64,000 nucleotides of DNA from NCBI GenBank assembly GCA_000708835.1, contig DF237193.1, positions 60,434 to 124,433 of the forward strand, read 5' to 3'. Below are positions 1 to 13,100 of this stretch, in pieces. Origin of the DNA: Klebsormidium nitens. Taxonomy: Eukaryota; Plantae; Klebsormidiophyceae. The notes under the pieces were generated by a model, which had not been told where the DNA came from, did no database searches, and worked only from the letters and a program-made list of their open reading frames with translations. Within the stretch, counting starts at the first letter, position 1; each line of letters begins with the position of its first letter. The position numbers were made by a program, and so were the translations under genes.

Positions 1-3000
1 CGGGGCCGGGCGCGGGCGGCGGCAATTCACGCCACCGCGGCCGCCAGGCTTTGATTTGCGCGCGCACATCCTGGAAAGGCTCCTCAATTCAAAGACTGCT
101 CATGTGAGGCAGTCGATCAGAGTCCGAGCAGCACAGGTAGCTCAAGCCTCAACAGATGGCTTCCTGCGCTGAAAGGGAGCTCAACAGATTCATGGCGAGG
201 CGCCATACCTGCATCTGGAAGCCCAATCCAGCTGCTCCATTAAAGCCTGTCTTTGCCACTGCTGAGCAGTTCTTCTAGTGTTCTCTCCGGTCCTTTGCAG
301 GAAGTCTTCGGAATACTTTCTCCTACCATTGGTGGAGAGCACTTAACGAGGACAGCTGCCCTATGCGAGAAGCACCGTAATCTGCCCAACTAAATGTCAC
401 TTCTTCTTTGGTAAAATCTTCCTCAAGTGGCGTCGACTTGCAGCACAGGTCTGGGGCCGAGTCAGTTGTTGGACCATCAATCCATGACCTGTAGGCGCCA
501 ACAAGCTGAGCCTGACGAACGCCCATAGGCAGGAGAATCTTGGGCCTGGTTCAGCATGGTAGAATTCTACTTTGACGAGCATTTGTTTGAGCAGTATGGA
601 ATCGAGCTGGCCAAGCAGTGCCATGGGTGCAGTCTGCAGCACACGCCGGCAAAGACGGGCTTGATGCAACACCTCCTCGAGAATGACAAGCAGTTCCCCC
701 GGGAGCTTGTTCGAACAGGTCAGTCCTTGCACCAGTTGGTTGGTTTTTCACAATCACGTGCCCAGCTTTACTCGGGCAGATGTATAAGCAGTGAGTTCTT
801 GGACCAGCCCTCGATACGAAAAATCTTTGCTTCACAAGAAGTGTAATATGCCTCAATAGCTTCATCATTTTCATACTTAGAATGCAGCAGTCCTGCCACG
901 TTGTCGCCAAGTTCAAGGGACAATCCTGGCCGTGCTAGTTTTCTGACCTGCTGCAGTTATTGATCTTTTCCAACCTGCTCAATCCAGTAACCTGCAAATG
1001 GAGCAATTTGTATCAGCCTGCGCCGAACCCTAGAGTCTTCGGACACTTTGTCCTTGAGTTGCAGATTGCAGATATTGTCTCCTTTCCTGGCGTGTTGTCT
1101 AGAGCTGCGGCTGAATTTGCTCCATTTTTACAGATTCAAAGACACACGGCCCTTCGATTTGTGTGGATCACAAGCATGTCAGCCATACTCTGGCTGCCAA
1201 AATTGAGTCCGTCACAGATTCATTGTTTCGTCTGGGTTCCAGTCTGCTTCATATTCGTCTTCACTTTATGACCTGGGGGAAAGAGAATAACATCTCTGTG
1301 AAACAGCTCTGTCAGATTGAGCGCATTGAAGAGGATGCTTTGCAGTTGGACCTCTTTCACAGGACCCGTACAATTTGCAACTTTGCAATGCAGCTTTGCA
1401 GCTTTGTCCAGACATGGTGTCAGCTCGTCTGATCGAAGTATTGGCACAATTTTGGGGGCAAATGACTTCCCTCAAGCACTTGAGCGCCTGGGTTGTTCTC
1501 TCAAGATTCTGTAGTTGTTTAGAGATTGTAAATTGGCCTTGAACATCAACTCTTGAAAGAAAACATTCATAGGATTGTTGGTAAAGTGTCTAACTGGCCC
1601 CTCCAAGCATGGATAGCCGGGGGGAGTTGTGCTTCGCTCTGTGCTTCTTTTCCGAGCCAGCATTTCTTGACAATTACTGCATTCTTACCTACCAGATTGT
1701 TGCTCAGATTGTGCTTCTCTGCCGGCCTAGTTCAAGCTTGTATAGCTTTGCTGATCTGAAATACGCCAAGTTGTGATGAGACATGCTGAAACAAGGATGA
1801 GCTTCATGATAGGCACCACGAAGTGATTGAGTGTAGTTGAGAGACCATCTTCTCTGCTCTGCCATTCCCTTGCCAAAGTGTCTGACATATCGCTCAGCAG
1901 ACGTGGTTCATAAAGATACTCCTTTGAGCAGCTCTCGGCAGTACCTGAATACTTCACCACATTCCCTTTCCCTGCCATCTTTTGCTATCATGCACTCTAC
2001 TTTCATTGCTTCTGAGAAGCTCTTACGATTGCTAGACCTATACCAGCAACCAGGCAGTACAACAGGTGGACGAATCACCAGGAAACGCAGAGTCAGCTTT
2101 CATCAATTCAATGATTTGACTTGTTCCCTTCCTTTCTGCCAGGTGGGGTGGTCATCTGCCAGCAGCCGCAGTGCATGGACCGTGCTGGCAAGAAGTCGGG
2201 GCGCAACCTGCAGAAGACGACGCGGCGGTGGTACTGCGGGACGTGCTGCATGAAGCGGGCGACCTGGGCGCAGCTCTTCCAGTGGGACCCCCAGGTGCAG
2301 GGCTGGAAACAGCTGCTCAAGGCCTGCTGGCATTGCCAGGTGAGGGCGATATTGACTCCTGGACAATGTTGGTATGTTCACTCGTTTCCAGACTACACAT
2401 TAGCTACTCCTACTTCATCTTTCCTGGTCAAATAGTATCTTTTCTCCCATCGGGCCACTTCTCTTTCAAGGGAGCGACTGCGGTGGTGAGGGTCACCCTG
2501 ACCCCATATCCTGGTCGTGAGGCTGTCTGGCTTAAGATTCTCTGGAAAGACAGCCCAGGTGAGCATGCGGCACGGAGTGGGTGGAAGGCTTAGGCAAACG
2601 AGCAGGCTACGTTTGCGGTTAGGAGAACTTGACTTGCTAAGTTCTTCGATACGGGGAGACGACCTGCGTATGCTAGCCGTGCTTCATAGAAGATCTGGAG
2701 CCAGCATAGCCCGCGCTGCCGGCTTATTTTCTGCTAAGTCTTTCCATAGCCAGTCCCTTAGCATGGTCAGTAAAGTCCTCCATTGTGCACTCAAGTAGCT
2801 CTACAAATTTGCCTTTCTGGGCTTTCCATCTAGCACAATAACTACCAGTTACTAAAGCTGGCTCACTGTGCGATCCCCTCACAAGGGCTCCGCCAAAACA
2901 GCGTGTTCGGTGTTTATGACAACACACTGGCGCAACATTGTTATGCTCAATGTTGCTTCTTGGGGATGCTTGTAACGAGCCTGATCGAAGGGCGCTTTTT

Positions 3001-4591
3001 GGAGCAGGACCCGGTCGGGTGCGAGAAGTGCGAGAAGCTGCGCACGCGGATGAAGGAGATGCGGAAGAAGGTCAAGGAGGAGAAGGAGCTCCTGCGGGGG
3101 ACGATGCCGGGAGGCATGGACCACGGTAGGCGGTCAATGCTCTACCTTATTGTTCACAACTGACAGCTTATGCGTGTCCGCAAGGCATGGCTTGGAGATG
3201 ATGGCTGCCATTGCATGTGGCTGTGTCAGAGTGAGGTCATGGTGTGGCCCTGGCCTGCCGAGCACTCTGTGTGAGGTAACCGCCAAGGCAACAGTTAGCA
3301 CAGGCGGTACAATCAAGTAGCTTGGTTGCTTGCTCTGAATTGAAATCGCAGCTCCGAAGCCCATAAATTTTTATCCTTTTGGACTGATGTGATCTTCTTA
3401 GTGGATATACGGGATGGATTATGTACTTCAGTGGAAAGGCCTGGAGGCGGACTTGGAACGAGTCTCTTTTTGGTTTTGATAACTGGTCACGACTGTCAGC
3501 TTTGGCGAAAAGAAATGTGGAAACTGCCACCTTCTTATCAAGAGATGCTTACCTGCTTCACCACTGTGTCCCCTGGTTTCAGAAGAAAGATGAATTGTTC
3601 ACCTGCTTTCAATCTACACAGCTCCCGTCTTATCTTTGGTGGACGGCGTCTTTGTCGAGAACAAAAACCTTCTAGAGACAACTCGGGTGACCCTTCCGAA
3701 TCTAGGAGTGCAAAGTCGTAGGGAGTTCCTGTTTAGGCTCTGGACAGGGTGGGCTGCGACCCGGATGGTTGCAATTGGTGTTGCAATCATCTGCGGACAG
3801 GTTGCGAACAGGTTGCGGACAGGTTGCCAATTTTGTTGTCCATGATTTGCAGGAGGCCAGCTGGTTGCCGGCCCGTCAGCACCGGTAGCCCCCCAGCCTG
3901 TTCCGGCCGTAAAGAAGAACGGGAAGGCACCTGCAAATGCAAACGCGAACAACGTGGCTGCCGGTACTTTCTGAAATCTCATCCTGTTTTGAAAATGTGC
4001 AAGCGGCCTGTTGCTGATCGTTGATTCGAGTGTTGGCGAATTCGAAGATCTGTGGTCTCCCCCGATGAACTTTGAGCATCCCTGAAGGCTGTTCCGTCAG
4101 ATGCAACTGGCAATGAAGATTGTTTATAGACAGGAGTCAAGATCTGCACGAGGCGTGCATTTGAACTAAAGTAAATTTGACTACAGTACTCTCGCAAGGC
4201 TTGCGGGAGTTTTTCTGCCTCTACTGACCTCGTTCAGCAAACGAACGCTGTCACTGCCGCTGCTTCTTCTATCCGGATGAGCAAGTCGCAACCTGCCTTA
4301 ATAGTGTTCTTGTTGTTATCTCTAGGGCGCAACTATAACACGCAGAATCCGGACTACGGTTTTGCACTCCGAACCGCACTTGGGCTCATCCAATACATAC
4401 GGGACCGGGAAAGGGCGCTTGCCAAAAAGCGGCAGTCCTTGTCTCAACAAGAGTTGCACGCAAACAAGCGGCCAAAGACCGACAAGACCCACCTGATTGC
4501 CGAGCGAGAAAACACGGAAAAGGAGGAATCGGACATCCGGACGGTGAAGCAGGTGCTGTTCGAGTACGTCGCGGAGGGCATGGTTAGCTAG
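1..4591 (+). CDS. Partial (5'-truncated) unknown Cys-rich zinc-finger protein, PHD/ADD/R1-like spacing
   Basis: Phase-consistent exons <1-103, 529-718, 2143-2339, 3008-3125, 3853-3963, 4326-4591 with GT-AG borders. The spliced protein has CHGC...CQQPQC...WYCGTCC...CWHCQDPVGCEKC followed by a K/E-rich helix. The last exon may splice again at 4583 instead of stopping at 4591. Confidence 0.75.
3795..3827. repeat. Intronic 11-bp tandem repeat (GRACAGGTTGC)x3
   Basis: Read directly: ggacaggttgc gaacaggttgc ggacaggttgc. Confidence 0.85.
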
Positions 4592-5894
4592 CCATTGAAA
4601 AAGGGCCGTCAGGCCGTGATAGTGCACGAAGATCAATGACGCTGAACGCGTCAGATCTGCTCGCCTGTGCTTCGTATATGGTTCAAAAGTTTGTGCAGCG
4701 TGTTAGAACAAAAGAATGTAAACGTCTTGGGAAAATATTGGGGCAACTGCCCCTGTTCTTAGCTGGACCGTACAGTGTGGATTTTTGTAGGTTTATGATG
4801 TTCCTAGCGGGCAACTATGCGAGTGGCGGCCAAATGCTTTGCACAGACATATGACAAACTTAATCTACCACAAGGTTTATAAAATTGAAGGCTTGGGTTA
4901 AAGCACCTTGCGTGTTCCTCGTTGCGTTTATGAAAACACCGTTTTGAGTTTGTAGCAGCATAAGGATCTTGTAGCACAATGATTAAGGACTTCAATGATC
5001 ATGTTCAATGAGGATCAAGCGGCGAGCACATGGTTCACCGGTATTTATGCTGAGCGAGTCTGATCCACTAATTGCCATGCACTCCATGCTTATGCAGGCG
5101 GCGGCCAGTGTAACGACCGTACAGCTAGTGTGGTATATTTGATCCCCACGCACTCTATGGCCACTGCCGTCCTCGTATACATGCATTGATATCGAGCGAT
5201 CGAGCGCTGCTTTATATTAGTATTGCAGATCATTGCTGCACGGTCTAGGCGGTACAGACCTATCGCTCGATTGATGATTAAAGAGAGCAGTGTCAGCTTG
5301 CACATGCTGCTCTAAACCGTCCACCACAATCAGTACATTGACTGGACAAAATGTCTTCAATCAAGGGAAGACCGCATTCACCCGGTCAGCTGACACCTGC
5401 CCAGCCTAATTGAAATCCAGAATCTGCAAACGCAGTTTCAACAATATGCATGCAGTAGGTCCAATGTGATGTGCACAAAGTGATGAATACTTGTGAAGTG
5501 AATCGGTTGCATGACGCCTTTGCGCATGTGACTGAGCGGAAGCAGCCTGGCGATCAAAACGTTTTTGTTGTTTAAAAAGCCGAGCTTGTAGCAGATATTC
5601 AGCGTTGGAGCACATACTTACATGAAACATCGATAATGACATGGCGCAAACAGTGCCCATTGTGTTCTTGGCATTGATCAGTGCAGTGGTGATGCATTGC
5701 TTGCAAAGCGTAAATCTCTCAGCACCGTCCGAGCTCAAAGACAACTATATGTGACAAGTATACTAACCCAAGACCAGTGGAGCTTTGTATATCTGCTGCT
5801 CAACGCACAGAAAGTGCAATTCTCATCGACGCCCTTTCCTACTATACATAAACCAAAGCTTTCGGCCCCTCACAAATGCTGGTAAGCACGAGAT

Positions 5895-7494
5895 TCACAA
5901 TCTGCCTCCTGTTTGATGCAGCATTGCATCGATCTCGTCCCCGTCCTCCATGTCCAGCTGCACACAGCACAACCGAGGCTCAGGCACCTAGTAAGGATTG
6001 AGTGGTCAGCCCCATGCAACCTCGCTTGTGGTCAATGCCGCCGAAGCTCGATGAAGCTACTTCATAGACTGGGACTCAGCAATCAGGTCAATGTAAGGTG
6101 CTTGAGGAGAATTCCAGTGCCGTCTGCAGTGAATTTGTTCCAAGCACGCAACACATTCGTGTTGATTCAACAGACCAAACCATGAAAGGTCATTCTAGGA
6201 CATGTTTGGAAGAAAGAGGGTGCACACAGCGGGGGCCCCGGCGATCTATACGCTAAGGGTTTAAGCTTGCAATACACGTATGTGTATGGGCTCCCTATAG
6301 ATTGAACATGAAGTTGGATTCTTGTCAACAAAGAAGCTTTTCTGTAACATCATAAACTTAAGACATACCTCCTCCGGGGACTGGTCGGGCCGAAGCCTCT
6401 GACCATCAAACAGGAAAGCGATCGAGCCCAAATCAACGGACTGCCGGTCACAGTATGCGGTCATAAGTTTCTTCAATGTCGTCGACTTCTTGATGCGGAA
6501 GAAAACCTCGTTCCCATCCTGCAATCGCCACAGGGAATTGAGGTGAACTTATGATATAACCTTACCAGCCCTTGCTTCTAGACATGCATCTCTAACTAGG
6601 GCAGATGGCAACACCAAGGCTAGATGTACGAGCCAGCCCAGTCATGGTCGTCTGAACAAGCGGACCGCCATCTTCGCTTTCAAAGGCGCGCTGTGTGTAC
6701 GATGCTAGCAGAACCAAAACGTTACCTTCTGTTGTAACCAACGACGCATTGCCCAGAAGTTATACCCATTCCTGCCAAAATCCTTGATAAAAACAAAACC
6801 CTAGCCTCTTGCAGTCCAATGATTCTAACCCCGTGCCTATGTCGTGACTAGAGCAAATGCATTCCCATTACGACGATGTGTTGCTTGCTTAATCCAATTC
6901 CTAAACGAACACACTATATTCCACAGTGAATAGCAACTTCAATGTGCCCAATGTGTCCCTTCAATGTTGCACCTCAAAATGGCATATTTGCTCTACACTG
7001 AGAAGTGCAGAAGCGAAATCTTCTTGTACAGCACTCAAAACCCAGTACAACGGTAGATGATGCACAATGCAGGCGTTGCCAACAACATGAAGTAGTCGAG
7101 ATAACCATCAACAACAAGTGGTGTAGGATCCACAACCCGTGGCTGCTTCATAGACCCTTTCAGGCATGTTCAAGCACTTGTCAAGCATATGAGTTGCTCT
7201 CTCCTTCACCAAAACCAAGAGGTCTGGAACAAAGGAGAGTGTCAAACTTGCCCACCCCTAGATTAAGAAGCCATTCCAGCAACTTGAACTGTGCAAGCAG
7301 AGCAAGCCGCACGCGCAATAGGGAAGACTAGTCAGAGAAGTCTCGCAGGAAAAAAGAAACAGAAAGCTGGAACACGGCGCATGTCATTGTTTCGAAGCCA
7401 ACCGTACCTGGCCCTTGACTTTCAGATTGATATGATCGCCTGCGGGCTTCTTCTCTTCCTCACCAGTCGTTGGGGCGGTGTTGTCGTCCGACAT
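5895..7494 (-). CDS. SUMO: Small ubiquitin-like modifier (SUMO), 99 aa
   Basis: Exons 7408-7494, 6369-6518, 5895-5957, all phase 0. Protein [29 protein letters not shown]|[50 protein letters not shown]|[20 protein letters not shown]. Canonical SUMO sequence with a di-Gly motif and a 2-residue extension. Confidence 0.97.
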
Positions 7495-8565
7495 CTCTGT
7501 GGGCAAGCCTGTTCTTTGGGCAGCTACGATTCGTGTGAAGGCCGCTTCTAAAGGCTAGAATCACAAAGCCTCGAACCTGAGCAGAAGCGGAATTATGCTG
7601 GATGCGCCCTCGACTTTCTCTCTTCGAATTCCAACAACTTTGAACAACTCACTTCGCAAATCTGCGAGAAAGGAGAGCTTGTTCCCGCCAAAACCTCGGG
7701 TGCGTCCGACCACTTCAACCGACCGCTAGGACTAGCGCCCGCCCGGCCATGCCTAAACAAGCCAAGAAGCAAGAAGGTCGATGCCGGGGACTGTCCCCGG
7801 CCAATCCCATAACATCAATCGATTGCGGGCCTCGTCCTTGAAAGCGAACGTAGGTATCACGACTTGCATGGTGTGCTGTGTTAGAAATCTGCTCACAAAA
7901 CAAGGCCTTCAAGGACGCGTGCTAGAATACATATCACGCGCGCGGTCTCAAAGCAGGCGCGCGTTGAGTTAACTTCAGGGTCACATCTCCGGTTAGCGCT
8001 CTTAATTGCCACTGAAACTTTTGGTATTCTCGTCGGCTCTTCATGGAAATATTTCTCGAGCAACAGATCAGCTCCCTCCTCTCAATGATTCTCTGTAAGA
8101 AGCTGCACAATAATCTGCATAAAGAGCTTTCCTCAACGGAGGACCTGGCCCAGTTCGTATGCTTTAGTCTTTGCCAAACTGTGTTCCTCAAACTTCAAAG
8201 TCCCCACAAATTACAGCAGCTGCTCAGCTGCCACAGATGCCAGATGGAGCTCAACAAAGATGCGGCAATCGCACGACCAATTTGATGACCTACACAGGAC
8301 CTACACTTTCACAGATCATTTGCATGTCGATTGCATCGAGTGTATTGCAGCAGCATTGGAGGGCCATACAGCCCCTTCTGACCTTCGGTGCCTTGAGGGC
8401 AGCTTCCAGCCTGTAGAATAGAAGCGGTTTTAGTCTCTAGATAACTCCTACTTCCTCCCCAGCTCAAATCACGTCCACAGCTCAAGCAACGCATGCTGAG
8501 CCTGAATTTTCTAACCGCACAGACGTCTTTGAGCGGATTTGAGCGTGCCAGCTCAGCATGTGGCA

Positions 8566-8901
8566 ATGTCGCTCAGCAAGGGCGCACTCAAGCTTGCGTC
8601 CGTTGCGGAGCAGATACTGGCCGCTAAGAATCGGGCGGCGATCCTTTCCCGGCCTGTTGACACTTCCCCCAGCCGCTTCCTTGCTGATTTTCGCCGGGGC
8701 AACTTGCCGGGGGAAGTCAAGGTGTTTCCGCTCACGAAGGTAAGTGGTGGCAGCTGCCTTCTTAAGTGAGATCTTTACAGCTTTGATAAGATGTTATGTA
8801 TAGATGGTGAATCCTTGTAGCTATTCATTGCCATGTCGAATGCTTTTGCAAAGGTGGTGGGAGCTAGGGACTTTCGAAAATATCAAGAGGGGGTTGTCTG
8901 A
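8566..8901 (+). CDS. Hypothetical 84-aa basic small protein, two exons
   Basis: Exon 8566-8739 ends at a strong AAG|GTAAGT donor. An 81-nt intron ends in ccttgtag and exon 8821-8901 continues in phase 0 to TGA. Divergent from SUMO. A further exon-like segment (9495-9557, EGDLEATKSLVYIAFEVKQTQ|gtgagt) is unassigned. No family recognised. Confidence 0.5.
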
Positions 8902-10177
8902 GAGATAAAAGGTAAAAACATCTGACGTGCCTGGATATAACCGTTGTGTGGAAGTCACGAATGTCCACAAGGTAGGCACCTTCAATGCTGTGGATACCAT
9001 TCGACGGAGAAGCATCGGATGCCTCTTCCGTAGTCAATGCGGTCCTGTCAGCTGACGCCAGTCCCAAGCTTTACAAAGGCTGTAACGTTTGCCAGCAAAC
9101 ATACTATCAGGAGAGGGAAGAGACGAGAAGATACGGAAGGTCCTGCGCGCAAGTCGTTGGAAGGGACAAAGGATGCAATGCTGTGAAGCGGTGGAAGCGA
9201 GCCACCTTCTGTTTGGTTCAGCTCTACCTGTGTCATCGTTTTGGGGAGTAGTGCTATGCACACTGCCGGTGTCACCTTTGTGCATTGGGACTTAAGTACA
9301 CAATAAGGGCGCATTCGCCTTTGCCTTGACCACCAATACAACCGCAATCGCCAATCCAGGGGCAGTCTGGGTGAGGGTGCAAGCTACATCTGTTTTGTAC
9401 ACATTCAAGCTTTGATGAAGAGGCGTTTTGACGAACTTCTTTTAACGTTTTGATTGAGGCAGAATATGATGCACTTACCAATCTGGTTTCACAGGAAGGG
9501 GACTTGGAAGCAACGAAGTCGCTGGTGTACATAGCATTTGAAGTCAAGCAGACCCAGGTGAGTTTCATTCGGCTGGCTTGTGGTGGGTGCGGATATACGG
9601 ACCTCTTGAGTTGGTTTATGTCCTACTCCTTAAAAGCTGAGCATTCTTAACTGTATCTGAAAGGGAGACACGCTCTGACCTGGCAGATGGGTGACATTGC
9701 GTCGTCCAAAGTTTTATGAAAGACGTTTGTTCCGGTTGCCGCCCTTCAGAAAGAAAGCTAGAGATGCCCCCTCGAGGTTGCCGCAACACCACTCAAACGG
9801 TCACCACCAATGTTCGGGCTCGTCAATCATTGACCCGCTTGGGGGGAAAAACGGATAAGGCGTCCCATTCACCCAATGAACTTTGGGTCTCAATCGGACG
9901 GAAGTTCTGCTTTCAGCATCTCCTGGCGTCCAACACGTTAAAAGGCGTGTTTCTATTGAAGTTGAAGTCACCGGTTCATGGTCGCAACCATTCGCTTCTC
10001 TGTTCGAGTGGTTGCTCGCGCAAGTTACACTACAAGACGTCCAGTCAGGGGCATGAAATCAGCATTCAAATCCAAAGCAGCAACGTCTGGTCGCCAAAAT
10101 CAAGACAGGTTGCTGACGTTCGCCAAGTTGTCGGGGCCAGGGATCTGACAGCTACAGTCGGCAGAGCCTGATCGCGT

Positions 10178-13100
10178 ATGCCTTTTGCCCCCATACCCTG
10201 CCAGCCAGGGAAGCTCCAGTTATGGTACGTGCCCCCCTTTCGTTTAAGCGCCGACAGCGGAGAGCGGGCGGGATGGGTGCTCCTGGATTCGCAGCCGGTA
10301 TGGGAGGAGTGTCTCGCGGACCTGCCGTGGTCAGACAAAGTCCGGTGAGTCATACATGGTGTCATGTGTGCTGTGGTTGGAAAATGGCTTAAGCCCCCTC
10401 TTTCTTGCATTGACACTAGGTTGTGGGAGGAGGATAGCCCGCAGGCCAGCAAACTCATAGACGAAAGGCTATTCACGTCGAAATGACTTCGACTCACTTA
10501 CTTTGGTGAAGACAGTGATGGCGGAAAAGGCTGCTGAGGGACATAACGGCGTAAACGAGTGTCCCGTGGACTTTTAGAGTCTTTCTCGCCGGGCCCCTTC
10601 CTTCCGGCTGAGTCTTTTTACTCTTCTTTGAAAAGCTGTTCCCGGAATATGCACGACTTTTTGACAGGGCTAATGAAACGTTGAACGAAACTCTTAAACC
10701 TTACCTTGACCTCCGTTTTCTATCACCGCCCACTCTAATCCCCGAGTACCTTCGGTTCGAACCTTTGGAGGGAGCTGTACACAACTGTCGCTCAGAATCG
10801 GTTGGAACCCGGTTCTTGCTTACTCTTCCTCAGCTTTCCTCAACCCGCTTCTCTTTCTCGCCCCCGGGGCTCCTCAACCCCATCTTCCTAACCCCTCTGT
10901 CTGCCCTGAAGCACGTTAACCTCTAGGCACTTTCGCAGTTCTTCATCGAGTCTGTCAGATCGTTGATGCCACTTCTTAACCCTCCTTCGTAACCCATCCA
11001 GGCTCTCTCGGCTGGCCGCATTCATCGTAGAGCACTTGCCTCTAGACGACGTTCGAGCGCGTCAAGAGTCGCTTCACTTCGCGTGGGAGCTCGCCGTAAA
11101 CAAGAACCGCCACGGCTGCTTCTCCCCGGACCTGTTGGTCGCCCTCCTCTCAGTCTTGGTCCTGAATGCGGAGCCCGGTTCGAAGGCGACCTGCCTCCTG
11201 AGTCTCGTCACGATCTGGTCGCTCTCGGTGTCAGCAGGGCTGAGGTGAGGCCACCTACCTATCTTCCACTGCTGAAATGTATTTCAAATGCCGTTTAGGT
11301 TGAATTTTCATTGTTTTTTCTTGATTGATTGACTTCTTCGATCCAAACTAGATTCTGGCCGCAACAGGAAGAGAAAAGGCCAGGTGTGTAAGACGTTGTT
11401 TCGTAAGAGATGGCGCGCGCAACGTTCTCACCGTACTTGACCCCAGAAGACCCCCCACCCCTCACATCATTTGCTGCACCATCTGCTGACGTCACCTGCT
11501 GACGTTACCTTGCTGACGGCACGTGCCACGTGGCGCAGGCGGCAGCTGATCACGCTGGGGGCGGTGGAGCGGCTGCTGGTCCTCCTGGTGCAGCTCAAGG
11601 ACGTCCCGTGCGCCGCGGCAGCGCTCTCGCACAGCGACCAGAGAAGGTGACCGTCCGAACGGATGTCCAAGTCTTAGAATAAAGTTTTCTTTTTTTACTT
11701 GGCATTCGCAAGCTCCACGTCAGCTGCTGGTTCTTGCATACTTAGGCTTGGATCCGGTTCCCGTGATTAGTCGATTATTTTGAAAAAGTTGGACCGGTAA
11801 TTGCGCAGTGAACCCAAAATCATAATACCCGTTTCCTGGCCGTTACACACACTCCAAACTTCCTCATATTGATACTCCGAGTGTTGCGGTGTTTCAAGCA
11901 GCCATATTTTGTCCGTGCAGGCTGCGCGAGTGCGTGATGGGCTGCCTCTCGGTCTTTCTGTGCGACGCGCAGGCGCGCGCGCGCATGTACGTGCCCGACG
12001 CCGAGGAGCTGGGGCTCGCCATTACTGGATCCACGGGATGGAGCGTGCTTACGCATTATGCACAGGCAAGATGCGCCGGTCTGATCTTGATGTCCGTTAT
12101 CTTGCTTTTACCATTTTTCCGCATTGTCGTGAGGTCGATGCCGACGTGATCATAGCATTTTGATGAATCGCAAACGTTGCGTGGATTCTTCTCGTCCTTA
12201 TTTCCTCCTCTCGTTATCCCTAAGCTAATCTGTCTTTCTTCTTTACGTCTGCCGCTTGGAGGTTTCTGTACTCGAGTAAGCAGATTCGTGTCCTGATTTG
12301 ATTCCTCACAGGGTCTTGCGGCTCTCAATAGTAGTGATGGTCCACCTTGAGACAGCGCGCACAAGCAGATCGGGCTAACTTTGAACCTCTGGTTGGTGTT
12401 TTGCTGAACATCGTTCTATTGTTCAGCCAGTCAGGTCGCATGTTGCTCAACCCACAATGAGCTTTCCCGTCTCCCTTTCATAGAACACGATGGAGCACAA
12501 TGACAGTATCCGCTCGTCCTGTCCAGGCATACATCTAAAAGGAGCCGGATAGTTTTGTTCCACGATCCAACTCCACTTTTTCACGCACCACAAAAGAGCC
12601 TTCATGTCCCCTCCTTCCTTCCGTCTCCTCCTGGCCGAAACCTCACCGGGTTCTCTCCTCTCTCGTTTCTCATGTCCCTTTCTTTCATTTGATCTTGTCG
12701 GGCCAAAACAGAGTCCTGTTCTCTCCCCTCTTGTCTTCGGTCTCTCGTAACTCAACTTCCCTCCATTCTTCTATCTTTATCAGGCCGTTTTTTTTCCCGC
12801 GAAGCTCCCTTCTTATCTCCCCGACCTCGTTCCTCATGTCCCCTCCTTCCCTCCTGTCTTTTCAGGCCGAAACAGAGCCCGGTTCTCTGGCCCGCCACTC
12901 CCGTTCTGCCCGGGAGCTAGCCGCTGAGGCACTATGCACGGTCCTCTGGCGGGATCCCCTGGGAACGACCATCTTTCTGCGGACGGGGGGAATCGGACAC
13001 TTGCTCCGGCTGCTCCGGTCGGACAGTCCGACCGTCCAGCGCGCCGCGGTGGGCGCGCTCTGTAAATACATGGGGACGGACAGGTGAGGCTATGCGGGGG

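Noticed and set aside
397-2381. Protein-like minus-strand ORFs (397-732, 2103-2381)
   Set aside because: They are antisense to + strand exons that have phase-consistent splice sites.
8640-8720. RFLADFRRGNLPG resembling the C-terminus of RbgA/YlqF GTPases
   Set aside because: No GTPase motifs upstream and the match is too short.
8850-10145. VVG(A)RD peptide seen three times (near 8854, 9145, 10125)
   Set aside because: Six residues or fewer, and two copies are in frames without splice support. Compatible with chance.
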